DNA from: an uncultured Clostridia bacterium
GTDB taxonomy: Bacteria > Bacillota > Clostridia > Christensenellales > UBA1242
Direction: 5' to 3'
NCBI GenBank assembly: GCA_934749845.1
Contig: CAKVHQ010000005.1
Coordinates: 17,552 to 81,551, forward strand
DNA: 64,000 nucleotides
Made by a program: the position numbers and the translations under genes. Each line of letters begins with the position of its first letter. Positions within the stretch are counted from its first letter, which is position 1. Shown piece by piece: positions 55,165-63,417 of this stretch. Below the pieces are notes generated by a model, which saw nothing but the letters and a program-made list of their open reading frames with translations, made no database searches and had not been told where the DNA came from.

Positions 55165-56012
55165 TGAATGGAATAATTGTTTTGGACAAACCCAAAGGAA
55201 AATCTTCCAATCAAGTTGTTGGAATGGTTAAGTGTTTTTTTAATCAAAAAAAAGTTGGTCACTTAGGCACTCTTGACCCTATGGCAACGGGAGTTTTGCC
55301 TGTTTGTATTGGAAAAGCGACCAAACTGTTTGACATGTTTTTGTCAAAAACTAAAACATATATTGCCCAATTTACTTTTGGAAAAACAACTGACACCTTG
55401 GATGCTGAAGGAGTAGTGACAGGAGAATGCAACTATGTTCCAACAGAAAAGGAAATTGGGAAAGTTTTAAAAAGTTTTGTTGGCAAACTAGAACAAATGC
55501 CACCAAAATATTCAGCAAAAAGTGTTAATGGCGTTCGTGCTTACGAATTGTCTAGAAAAGGCATTGAGTTTGAATTAAAACCTAAACAGATTGAAATTTT
55601 TAGGTTTGAATTAACTAAAGCAATTTCAAGCAATGTTTTTGAATTCTTGATTGATTGCTCGAGTGGAACTTATATCAGGGCTTTAGCACGAGATTTGGGC
55701 TTGAAATGTGGTAGTCTTGCATACATGAGTGAACTACGACGAATAAGAGCCGGTCAGTTTGATATTGAAATGTCCGTTAGCCCAGAAAATATGAGTGCAT
55801 CAAATGTTATTGGACTTGAACAAGTTTTAAGCGATTTTGAAAAAATAAGCGTTGATGATAAATTTTATGATAAACTTAAAAATGGGAATAGTATAAAAGT
55901 GTCTATTGGCAACAAAACTAATTTATTAGTTTATTGCAAATCAAAACTTTTTGGAATAGGTCAGTGCTGCGATAATGTTTTGAAAGTAACAACAAATTTG
56001 TTTGAAGATTAG
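55164..56012 (+). CDS. truB: tRNA pseudouridine55 synthase TruB
   Basis: GIIVLDKPKGKSSNQVV, GHLGTLDPMATGVLPV (catalytic Asp), GTYIRALARD. Confidence 0.95.
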   Translation: MNGIIVLDKPKGKSSNQVVGMVKCFFNQKKVGHLGTLDPMATGVLPVCIGKATKLFDMFLSKTKTYIAQFTFGKTTDTLDAEGVVTGECNYVPTEKEIGKVLKSFVGKLEQMPPKYSAKSVNGVRAYELSRKGIEFELKPKQIEIFRFELTKAISSNVFEFLIDCSSGTYIRALARDLGLKCGSLAYMSELRRIRAGQFDIEMSVSPENMSASNVIGLEQVLSDFEKISVDDKFYDKLKNGNSIKVSIGNKTNLLVYCKSKLFGIGQCCDNVLKVTTNLFED

Positions 56013-56020
56013 GAGGAAAA

Positions 56021-56881
56021 ATGGTTAAGTTTGGACCATCAGGAAATAGTCAAATTTTTTATGATGCTGGAAATAAATCGTCAATTCAAGCACCAAAATT
56101 TTTGAAAGAGCACGGATTAACTTGCTACGAATATTCGTTTGGAAGGGGCTTTACTATAGGGGAAGAAAAAGCCAAAATTCTTGGAGATGAAGCACTAAAA
56201 AATGATATATTGGTTAGTGTGCATTCTCCTTACTACATTAACTTGGCAAACGGCAATGACGAAACCATACCTAAAAACATAAATTACATTTTTAAAAGTT
56301 TGGATTATTTGAAAATGTTTAATGGAAAAAAGTGTGTTGTCCACACGGGTAGCCAAAATAAATTAACTAGAGCCGAAGCACTTAATAATTGTTTTAGGCA
56401 AATGGATAAAGTTCTTGAGCACTATTATCTTAACAACTATGATGGCTTATTTATCTGCCCAGAAACCATGGGAAAATCTCAACAAATTGGCTCCGTTGAC
56501 GAAGTTTTGGAGTTATGCTCGAAAGATAAATGCTTAATTCCAACTTTCGATTTTGGACACATAAATGCCGTAACTCAAGGCACCTTAAAAACCAAAGACG
56601 ATTATAGAAAAATTTTGGATAAATGCTTTGATAAACTTGGAGAATATAAAACAAAGAACATTCACATACATTTTTCAAAAATTGAATATTCAAACAAAGG
56701 CGAAATTAGACATTTAACGCTTGAAGATACGCAATATGGTCCAGAATTCGAGCCACTTGCAGAACTGATTTGTGAGTATGATTTAACACCTACGATAATT
56801 AGCGAAAGCAAAGGAACGATGATGGAAGACGCTATGAAACTTAAACAAATTTATGATAGCGTCAAAAGCAGTAAAATCTAG
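56021..56881 (+). CDS. Endonuclease IV (Nfo)-like TIM-barrel protein, divergent
   Basis: Nfo metal-ligand pattern recognisable by eye (VHSPYYINL, VVHTG, PETMG, FDFGH, HIHFS, IRH, ISES). Family-level call only. Confidence 0.6.
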   Translation: MVKFGPSGNSQIFYDAGNKSSIQAPKFLKEHGLTCYEYSFGRGFTIGEEKAKILGDEALKNDILVSVHSPYYINLANGNDETIPKNINYIFKSLDYLKMFNGKKCVVHTGSQNKLTRAEALNNCFRQMDKVLEHYYLNNYDGLFICPETMGKSQQIGSVDEVLELCSKDKCLIPTFDFGHINAVTQGTLKTKDDYRKILDKCFDKLGEYKTKNIHIHFSKIEYSNKGEIRHLTLEDTQYGPEFEPLAELICEYDLTPTIISESKGTMMEDAMKLKQIYDSVKSSKI

Positions 56882-56911
56882 TTGACAAACTGCCACTAAA
56901 ATAGTTATACT
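56882..56911 (+). promoter_or_regulatory. Sigma-A-type promoter of efp
   Basis: TTGACA (56882-56887), 18 nt, TATACT (56906-56911). Confidence 0.5.
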
Positions 56912-56953
56912 TTAATGTATTAGAAAATTAAAATACTAAGGGAGATATATCTA

Positions 56954-57508
56954 ATGACAACAGGAGATTTAAAAATTGGAAGCACATTTATAATGGATAA
57001 CAACATTTATGTTGTTGTTGAATGGCAACATGTTTGTCAACCAAGACTTGCAGCATTTATTCGTGGTAGAATTAAAAATGTTGAAACAGGTCAAGTGCTT
57101 GAAAGAAACTTTAAAACAAACGAAAAAGTTGATGAAGCCGTTATTGAAAAAAGAGAAATGCAATACCTTTATAACGATGGCGAACTTTACTACTTTATGG
57201 ACAAGGAAAATTTTGAACAAATTCCTTTGAATAAAGCAGATTGCCAAGACGCTTTAAGATTTATTGTTGAGAATATGGATGTAACAATTAACTCATGCAA
57301 TGGCAGAGTAATTTCAGTAACACCACCACTTTTTGTTGAACTTAACATCACAGAATGTGAACCAGCAGTTCAAGGCGACACAAGCAAATCCGCAATGAAA
57401 CCTGCTAAACTTGAAACAGGTCTTGAAATTAAAGTTCCACTTTTCGTTAACCAAGGCGATAGAGTTCGAATCGACACAAGAACAGCAGAATATATGGAAA
57501 GAGTATAA
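56954..57508 (+). CDS. efp: Elongation factor P
   Basis: 184 aa with the typical three-domain EF-P sequence (...ETGLEIKVPLFVNQGDRVRIDTRTAEY). Confidence 0.97.
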   Translation: MTTGDLKIGSTFIMDNNIYVVVEWQHVCQPRLAAFIRGRIKNVETGQVLERNFKTNEKVDEAVIEKREMQYLYNDGELYYFMDKENFEQIPLNKADCQDALRFIVENMDVTINSCNGRVISVTPPLFVELNITECEPAVQGDTSKSAMKPAKLETGLEIKVPLFVNQGDRVRIDTRTAEYMERV

Positions 57509-57532
57509 AGAAAGAGCAGTTGCTCTTTTTTT
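57509..57532 (+). terminator. Intrinsic terminator 1 after efp
   Basis: AAAGAGC-agtt-GCTCTTT followed by a T-run. Confidence 0.75.
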
Positions 57533-57544
57533 GTTTAATGGTTG

Positions 57545-57574
57545 GGCAATTCCTAATAGGGATTGCCTTTTTTT
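57545..57574 (+). terminator. Intrinsic terminator 2 after efp
   Basis: GGCAATTCC-taata-GGGATTGCC (one G-U pair) followed by T7. Confidence 0.7.
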
Positions 57575-57609
57575 ATGCAAATTAACCATCAGGATTTTTG
57601 TACCATTTT

Positions 57610-57639
57610 TAGACTTTTTTCGCTAGTCTAGATTTTTTT
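57610..57639 (+). terminator. Terminator-like hairpin 3 upstream of spoIIIAA
   Basis: TAGACT-9nt-AGTCTA followed by gaT7. Confidence 0.4.
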
Positions 57640-57673
57640 GTTAACTCATAGATATATGTAAGGAGAATGGGGG

Positions 57674-58585
57674 ATGCTTGAAAAAATTGTTCCGCCACAA
57701 CTAGTTGATGCGATTGAACGATTAAACTATTCTAGTTTGCAGGAAATACGCTTAAGAGTTAACAAGCCAACAGTTGTGATGATGAATGGTAAAAGTTATT
57801 ATTTGGGCATAAGTGGTTTAGTGAATGAAAGAAAAAAAGCATATTTTTGCGATGCAGATGACTTGCAGAATATTTTGCTTCAAGCATCAAACCACTCTTT
57901 GTACGCAATAAACGAGCAATTAAAGCAGGGATTTGTTGGACTTAACGATGGAATTAGGCTTGGTGTTACTGGACAAGTTGTAAGTGAAAACGGAAAACTT
58001 GTTACCATGAAAAATTTTAGCGGGATAAATGTTAGAATACCGCACGAAATTAAGGGGTTCGGCGAAAAAATAATAGATTTGCTGTTTGAAAATGACCGAT
58101 TTTTAAACACACTGATAATTTCTCCGCCGGCAGTTGGCAAAACAACGCTTTTAAGAGATTTAATTAGAATAATTTCAGGACAATTCTATGCAAAAAAAGT
58201 TCTTGTTGTTGACGAAAGAAATGAGTTGTCGGCAACTATAAACGCAAAATCACAAATGGATTTAGGCGATTTTAGCGATGTTGTTGTGGATAGCACTAAA
58301 GAATTTGGCTTTTATAATGGTATTCGCTCAATGAACCCAGATATTATCGCTACAGATGAAATTGGAAGCCAAGCAGATTGTAATGTTTTGGAGTATGCTG
58401 GAACTTGTGGAGTGAAAATTTTAGCCACTATTCATGCAGAAAATTTGGAGCAATTAAAGAACAAAATTCAACTTGAAAAAATTTTGAAATTAAAAATATT
58501 TGAACGATTTGTATTTTTAAAAAAAGTGGCTGGAATGCCCGAAATTGCTGAAGTTTTAGATAGAAATTTTGAAAAAATTTTTTGA
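57674..58585 (+). CDS. spoIIIAA: Stage III sporulation protein AA (ATPase)
   Basis: Walker A SPPAVGKTT, Walker B-like VVDE. First gene of an 8-gene spoIIIA-ordered operon. Confidence 0.9.
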   Translation: MLEKIVPPQLVDAIERLNYSSLQEIRLRVNKPTVVMMNGKSYYLGISGLVNERKKAYFCDADDLQNILLQASNHSLYAINEQLKQGFVGLNDGIRLGVTGQVVSENGKLVTMKNFSGINVRIPHEIKGFGEKIIDLLFENDRFLNTLIISPPAVGKTTLLRDLIRIISGQFYAKKVLVVDERNELSATINAKSQMDLGDFSDVVVDSTKEFGFYNGIRSMNPDIIATDEIGSQADCNVLEYAGTCGVKILATIHAENLEQLKNKIQLEKILKLKIFERFVFLKKVAGMPEIAEVLDRNFEKIF

Positions 58586-59097
58586 TAAAGGTGTTTATGA
58601 TAAAGTTAATTTTAATCTTAATTTTATGTTCTTTAATTTTGTTTGTAGCCTACAAAATTTTTATTTACTACAAATCAAGAAAAAATTTTTATGAAAATTG
58701 CTGTGATTTTTGTACAAATTTGCAAGCAAAAATTTCCTATCTAAAAAAGGATATTTTGGGCGTTTTAAATGAAAAAAATAGTTATGGTAAGGATTTTAAT
58801 AAACTACTAGACTCATATAAAAAATGCTTGAATGATTTGTCAAATTTTGACGAAAATTTGAAAAGTGATATTGATAAGTTGGTAATTTTAAAACAGGATG
58901 AAAAAGATAAAATTTTTACATTTTTATCCATACTTGGCAAAAGTAGTGAACAGGAGCAAATAACTCAAATTTTGAATTTTAAGCAAAATTTTATTCAAAA
59001 TTTAGACCAAGCAAAAATAGATAATTCAAAATATGGGGGATTATCTATGAAAATGGGGCTTTTAATTGCCTTAACCATTGTTGTTATATTTATATAA
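58582..59097 (+). CDS. spoIIIAB: Stage III sporulation protein AB
   Basis: 171 aa with N- and C-terminal TM segments flanking a soluble helical domain. Start uncertain (TTG 58582, GTG 58591 or ATG 58597). Confidence 0.8.
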   Translation: MIKVFMIKLILILILCSLILFVAYKIFIYYKSRKNFYENCCDFCTNLQAKISYLKKDILGVLNEKNSYGKDFNKLLDSYKKCLNDLSNFDENLKSDIDKLVILKQDEKDKIFTFLSILGKSSEQEQITQILNFKQNFIQNLDQAKIDNSKYGGLSMKMGLLIALTIVVIFI

Positions 59098-59120
59098 CTT
59101 TAAACAGACGAAAAAAGTGG

Positions 59121-59161
59121 AGTACTATGCAATTTGCATAATACTTTGCGTAGTACTATGC
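59121..59161 (+). promoter_or_regulatory. Three-segment A/B/A' element forming mutually exclusive hairpins upstream of the spoIIIAC SD
   Basis: AGTACTATGC (59121-59130), GCATAATACT (59136-59145), AGTACTATGC (59152-59161). The middle arm pairs 9/10 with either flank. Confidence 0.5.
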
Positions 59162-59177
59162 AAAACAGGAGGGAAAC

Positions 59178-59381
59178 ATGGGGGTTGAAATAATATTTAA
59201 AATCGCGGGAATTGGAATTTTAACTGCTGTTGTTAATCAAGTTTTAAAGTATGCAGGCAAGGACGAAATTGCCACTTTAACTACACTTGCTGGTGTTATA
59301 GTTGTCCTGCTTATGATAGTCAACCTAATAAGCGATTTATTTACTACTGTTAAAGGACTATTTTCGCTGGTTATTATCTAG
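59178..59381 (+). CDS. spoIIIAC: Stage III sporulation protein AC
   Basis: 67 aa, two TM segments. IFKIAGIGILTAVVNQVLK typical of SpoIIIAC. Confidence 0.9.
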   Translation: MGVEIIFKIAGIGILTAVVNQVLKYAGKDEIATLTTLAGVIVVLLMIVNLISDLFTTVKGLFSLVII

Positions 59382-59387
59382 TTTTAT

Positions 59388-59774
59388 ATGGAAATTTTCA
59401 AAATTATTTTAGTTGCTTTAATAACCGTGGTGGCAAGCGTAATTTTAAAGCAGCTTAAGCCAGAAATGACCATTTTTGTGTCTATTGCGGGTGGCATTGT
59501 TATTATTTTGATGCTTGTTAACAGTGTTTCAAATGTTTTTGATGGCTTTAGAAGTTTAATGACAAAAACTGGAGTTAATTCATCACTTTTTAAAAGTGTT
59601 TTAAAGGTGGTTGGAATAGGCTACATAACCGAGTTTGGAGCAAGTATTTGTAAAGATGCAGGGGTGGCTTCGATTGCGGATAAAGTCATGTTTGCGGGCA
59701 AGATTTGTATTTTGCTTTTGTGCATGCCAATCGTAAATAATTTGCTTGAAATTATAATAGGAATTATGCCATGA
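59388..59774 (+). CDS. spoIIIAD: Stage III sporulation protein AD
   Basis: 128 aa, multi-TM, operon position. Confidence 0.88.
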   Translation: MEIFKIILVALITVVASVILKQLKPEMTIFVSIAGGIVIILMLVNSVSNVFDGFRSLMTKTGVNSSLFKSVLKVVGIGYITEFGASICKDAGVASIADKVMFAGKICILLLCMPIVNNLLEIIIGIMP

Positions 59775-60979
59775 AATATAGTTGTAAAAGGCTAAAAACC
59801 AAGCGGATTTTGATTGTTCTAATCATATTATTTATGATTAGTTCTTTTGTTTTGCCTCCGTTTTTTTCTAAAAATGTAACCGCACTTGATACGGATAACA
59901 ATAAAATAGAAGACTATGTTGACGACCAAATAAAAGATATTGATTTTGGCGACTTTGAAAAAATTTTAAACCAACTGGATGATCAACAAAAAAATGCTTT
60001 TGGTGAAAGTTTTGCGGTTAAAATTAAAAAAATTTTATCTGGCGAAACACAGGTGAATTTTGCTTCACTTGGAAGTGCACTTTTAAGCGTGTTTTCTAAA
60101 GATATTGCTGCAATTTTGCCAGTCTTATGCAGTTTGATTGGTATAGGGATTTTGTCAAGCATAATTACGCAGTCAAGTTACTCAACAGATAAAAGTGTTG
60201 CCGAAATTGTGCATTTTGTGTGCTTTGGAATAATAGTAACGATAGTTTTTGCTTCTGTGGCTAACATAATTAAATTAACATCTAACACGCTGTCGGTAAT
60301 TAAAGCCCAAATGGAAGTCGGCTTCCCGATTTTGCTAACGCTTATGACGGCTTTAGGCTCTGTTGTGTCGGTTAGTGTTTATCAACCAGTTGTGGCAATT
60401 TTATCTGGCTCAATCATGACCATTTTCAGTAATTTTGTTATGCCTTTATTTATATTTTGCTTGGTTTTTACAGTTGCTGGGAATTTATCAAACAATGTTA
60501 AATTAAATAAGTTTTCGCAACTATTTATGAACATTTTTAAATGGACGATAGGTATTGTTTTTACGCTATTTTCTTCGCTTTTAGTTGTTCAGGGAATAAC
60601 CGCCGGAAGTTATGACGGACTTTCTATTAGAACTACGAAATACGCTATGAAAAGTTACATTCCTTTTGTTGGTTCGTATTTGTCGGACGGACTTAATTTG
60701 ATACTTACAAGCAGTATGTTAATAAAAAACTCAATCGGGCTTGGATGCTTGATTTTGCTTGCTATTACTGTGCTTGCTCCAATAATTAAAATTTTAGTTC
60801 TTAAACTTGCACTAGCGCTAGCGTCTAGCATACTAGAGCCAATATGCGATAAAAAGATATGCGACTTTTTGTCTGGCGTTTCAAAATGTCTTTCTATGCT
60901 TGTTGCAACAATATGTTCAATAGCGTTTGCTTATTTAATTACAACTGGGCTTATTATGTGCAGTGGAAATTTGGTTTAG
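59771..60979 (+). CDS. spoIIIAE: Stage III sporulation protein AE
   Basis: 402 aa with a signal/TM N-terminus and a polytopic C-terminal region. Operon position. Confidence 0.88.
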   Translation: MKYSCKRLKTKRILIVLIILFMISSFVLPPFFSKNVTALDTDNNKIEDYVDDQIKDIDFGDFEKILNQLDDQQKNAFGESFAVKIKKILSGETQVNFASLGSALLSVFSKDIAAILPVLCSLIGIGILSSIITQSSYSTDKSVAEIVHFVCFGIIVTIVFASVANIIKLTSNTLSVIKAQMEVGFPILLTLMTALGSVVSVSVYQPVVAILSGSIMTIFSNFVMPLFIFCLVFTVAGNLSNNVKLNKFSQLFMNIFKWTIGIVFTLFSSLLVVQGITAGSYDGLSIRTTKYAMKSYIPFVGSYLSDGLNLILTSSMLIKNSIGLGCLILLAITVLAPIIKILVLKLALALASSILEPICDKKICDFLSGVSKCLSMLVATICSIAFAYLITTGLIMCSGNLV

Positions 60980-60987
60980 GAGGGAAT

Positions 60988-61470
60988 ATGAGTGGCTATT
61001 TGCTATCTATTATAGGTGTTGTGGTGCTTGGGGTTTTGGTGGATTTAGTCCTTCCAAGCGGGCAAATGAACAAATATGTTAAGTCTATGTTTGGCATTTT
61101 TACGATACTTGTTATTATTTCTCCCGTGCCAAAACTATTAAACCAAAATTTCGATTTTTCTAAACTTTTTTACAACGAGGCAAGCACGACTATAGACCAA
61201 GATTTTTTAACGGTTACTAACAAAAAAATAGTTGAACAACTGGAAATAAGTGTTGAGAAAAGTTGCGAAAATTCGGGATATAAGCAAGTAAAGTGCGAAA
61301 TTGAAAGTATTTTGGAAAACAACAAAATTGTTATTAAAAAAGTTTCTTTAAATTTGAAAAATATGGTTATTAGCCAAGATCAGCCGCATATAAATAAGTA
61401 TACCGAAATTGTACAGGCTGTTAAGCAAGTGGTGAATGTTGAAAAGGAGCAGATTATTTTCAATGAGTGA
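60988..61470 (+). CDS. spoIIIAF: Stage III sporulation protein AF
   Basis: ATG 60988 follows AGGAGGG. Two N-terminal TM segments (MSGYLLSIIGVVVLGVLVDLVLP...). The ORF-track start at 60859 overlaps spoIIIAE. Confidence 0.85.
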   Translation: MSGYLLSIIGVVVLGVLVDLVLPSGQMNKYVKSMFGIFTILVIISPVPKLLNQNFDFSKLFYNEASTTIDQDFLTVTNKKIVEQLEISVEKSCENSGYKQVKCEIESILENNKIVIKKVSLNLKNMVISQDQPHINKYTEIVQAVKQVVNVEKEQIIFNE

Positions 61471-62038
61471 AGACAAAAAACAGAAAGGTTTATTGAAATC
61501 CATAAGCGAATTGTCTTTTGTGAAAAAGTTGAAAAGCATTAAGCATATTGAAATAATAATAGTTGTTATCTTTATTTTAATTTTGCTTTTAATTTGCTTC
61601 AGCGGGAATGGTGTTTTTGGGTTTTTAAAAACTTCTAAAACAACAAGCGAAACACAAACTTCAACCACTTATATTAACACAACCGAATATGTTTCGAGCA
61701 TAGAAACTAAACTTGAAAATTTACTCTCTGGAATTAAAGGGGCAGGTAATGTTAAAGTTATGGTTTCAATAGACAGTTCGGTTGAACTAAAATTTGCAAC
61801 AGATGAAGTTATTACAACAAACGGTCAAAAAACAGAAACCGAAACGAAAATAATTTTGGTTGAAGTTAACGGCAAAAATGAGCCAATTATAATCAGTGAA
61901 AAATTGCCAAGTGTGACGGGCGTGGTTGTTGTAAGTTCGGGAGCATCGAATACAAAAGTCAAACTGGATATAATTAACGCAATTCAAATCTTGCTTAATA
62001 TTGATTCCAGTCAAATTCAAGTATTTATAGGAAATTAA
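61463..62038 (+). CDS. spoIIIAG: Stage III sporulation protein AG
   Basis: ATG 61463 follows AAGGAG. One TM segment, then the ring-building motif region (VKVMVSIDSS...VTGVVVVSSGA). Confidence 0.85.
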   Translation: MSEDKKQKGLLKSISELSFVKKLKSIKHIEIIIVVIFILILLLICFSGNGVFGFLKTSKTTSETQTSTTYINTTEYVSSIETKLENLLSGIKGAGNVKVMVSIDSSVELKFATDEVITTNGQKTETETKIILVEVNGKNEPIIISEKLPSVTGVVVVSSGASNTKVKLDIINAIQILLNIDSSQIQVFIGN

Positions 62039-62051
62039 AGGAGAATTTATC

Positions 62052-62522
62052 ATGTTAACAAAAAAGAAAAAGATTATAATCTTGTCTGTAATGGCTGTTT
62101 TATTGGTAGTGACTGGATACTTAAATATTGCTTTGAATCGTGGCGTTGTTGAAACTGGCGGAAATGTTACAACTGCAAACTTCTTTTCAACCTACAGAAG
62201 CGACAGGGAGTCGGTTCGTAGCGAAGAAATTAAATACTACGATGCAATAATTGCAAGTGCCGAATCAAGTGCAGAAGCAAAGGCAAGTGCAGAAACAAAA
62301 AAAGCAGATTTAATTAAGGCTATGGAAACCGAACTTGTAACCGAAGGTTTAATTAAAGCAAAAGGCTTTGAAGATGTTATCGTAACCAGCACAACATCAA
62401 ACGTTAAAGTTGTTGTTAAATCGGCAGAATTAACAAAATCTCAAGTGGCTCAAATAGTGGATATTGTTAAGGAACAAACAGGTCTTGCCATAGATTACAT
62501 TAAAATTATTCCAGTTGAATAG
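62052..62522 (+). CDS. spoIIIAH: Stage III sporulation protein AH
   Basis: 156 aa with an N-terminal TM segment and a YscJ/FliF-like C-terminal domain pattern. Last gene of the operon. Confidence 0.8.
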   Translation: MLTKKKKIIILSVMAVLLVVTGYLNIALNRGVVETGGNVTTANFFSTYRSDRESVRSEEIKYYDAIIASAESSAEAKASAETKKADLIKAMETELVTEGLIKAKGFEDVIVTSTTSNVKVVVKSAELTKSQVAQIVDIVKEQTGLAIDYIKIIPVE

Positions 62523-62527
62523 CATAA

Positions 62528-62553
62528 AGAACTCGATTTATTCGAGTTTTTTT
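62528..62553 (+). terminator. Intrinsic terminator after spoIIIAH
   Basis: AACTCGA-tttat-TCGAGTT followed by T7. Confidence 0.8.
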
Positions 62554-62636
62554 GTGCTCTTAAATTATAAATTGATTAAATTTATTGCTTAATTTTTTCT
62601 TGTTATGATATAATCATAAAGTTTAGGAGAATAAAT

Positions 62637-63020
62637 ATGGCATTAGAGTTTAATCAAATGGCTTCAAAAAACAATAAAGGAAAAGTGTCTTGCAACAGAG
62701 ACATTCTTTTGTCTATTGTAAGTTTGGCAACAAAAGAAATTAACGGAGTTTCTTGCCTTTGCGTTAATTTTGGAAATGGAATTAAAAAACTATTTTCTAA
62801 TAACTACACCGAAGGCGTGAAGATAAGTGAAGTGGGCGACGCCATAATGGTTGATATTTACATTAACATTTTGTTTGGCTACTCTGTTTCGGACGTGGCA
62901 TTTAGAGTTCAAGAAAATGTTAAAAACGGATTATCTGCTATGGTAGATATAAAAATTGAAAGTATAAATGTTCATGTTTTGGGCGTTGATTTTAAACAAG
63001 AAGGTGAAAAGGTAATTTAA
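62637..63020 (+). CDS. Asp23/Gls24 family envelope stress protein (YqhY-like)
   Basis: 127 aa with an Asp23 pattern (ILLSIVSLATKEINGV...VDIYINILFGYSVSDVAFRVQENV). Conserved position before nusB. Confidence 0.85.
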   Translation: MALEFNQMASKNNKGKVSCNRDILLSIVSLATKEINGVSCLCVNFGNGIKKLFSNNYTEGVKISEVGDAIMVDIYINILFGYSVSDVAFRVQENVKNGLSAMVDIKIESINVHVLGVDFKQEGEKVI

Positions 63021-63021
63021 C

Positions 63022-63417
63022 ATGAGCAGGATAAAAGCAAGAGAAGCATGCTTCAAACTTATATTTGAATTTGAGTTTTTAAAGCAAAAAAATGAAATAA
63101 CATTGGAAGAATTTTTGTCATCAAAGGAAATAAGTGAAGATGACACTGATTACATTAAATCTATGTATCAAGGAATAATCGACAACGAAGATTATTTAAA
63201 CAAAACTATTTCCAGCCACTTAAAAGGCTATACTTTGGAAAGAGTGTTTAAAATAGACTTAGCAATTCTAAAACTTGCCATTTACGAAATAGAGTTTTTA
63301 AAAGAATCGCCGTCGGTTGTTATAAACGAAGCGGTTGAATTATCAAAAAAATATTCAACAGATAATAACTATAAATTTGTAAACGGAGTTTTAGCACAAA
63401 TTGTAAAAGGAGAATAA
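63022..63417 (+). CDS. nusB: Transcription antitermination factor NusB
   Basis: 131 aa. SRIKAREACFKLIFEFEF, INEAVELSKKYS...FVNGVL. Confidence 0.9.
   Translation: MSRIKAREACFKLIFEFEFLKQKNEITLEEFLSSKEISEDDTDYIKSMYQGIIDNEDYLNKTISSHLKGYTLERVFKIDLAILKLAIYEIEFLKESPSVVINEAVELSKKYSTDNNYKFVNGVLAQIVKGE

Noticed and set aside
57640-57673. Sigma-E/sigma-K-type sporulation promoter upstream of spoIIIAA (CATAGATA box).
   Set aside because: There is only a partial -10 match and no convincing -35 element at 16-18 nt, so it is not reported as a feature.
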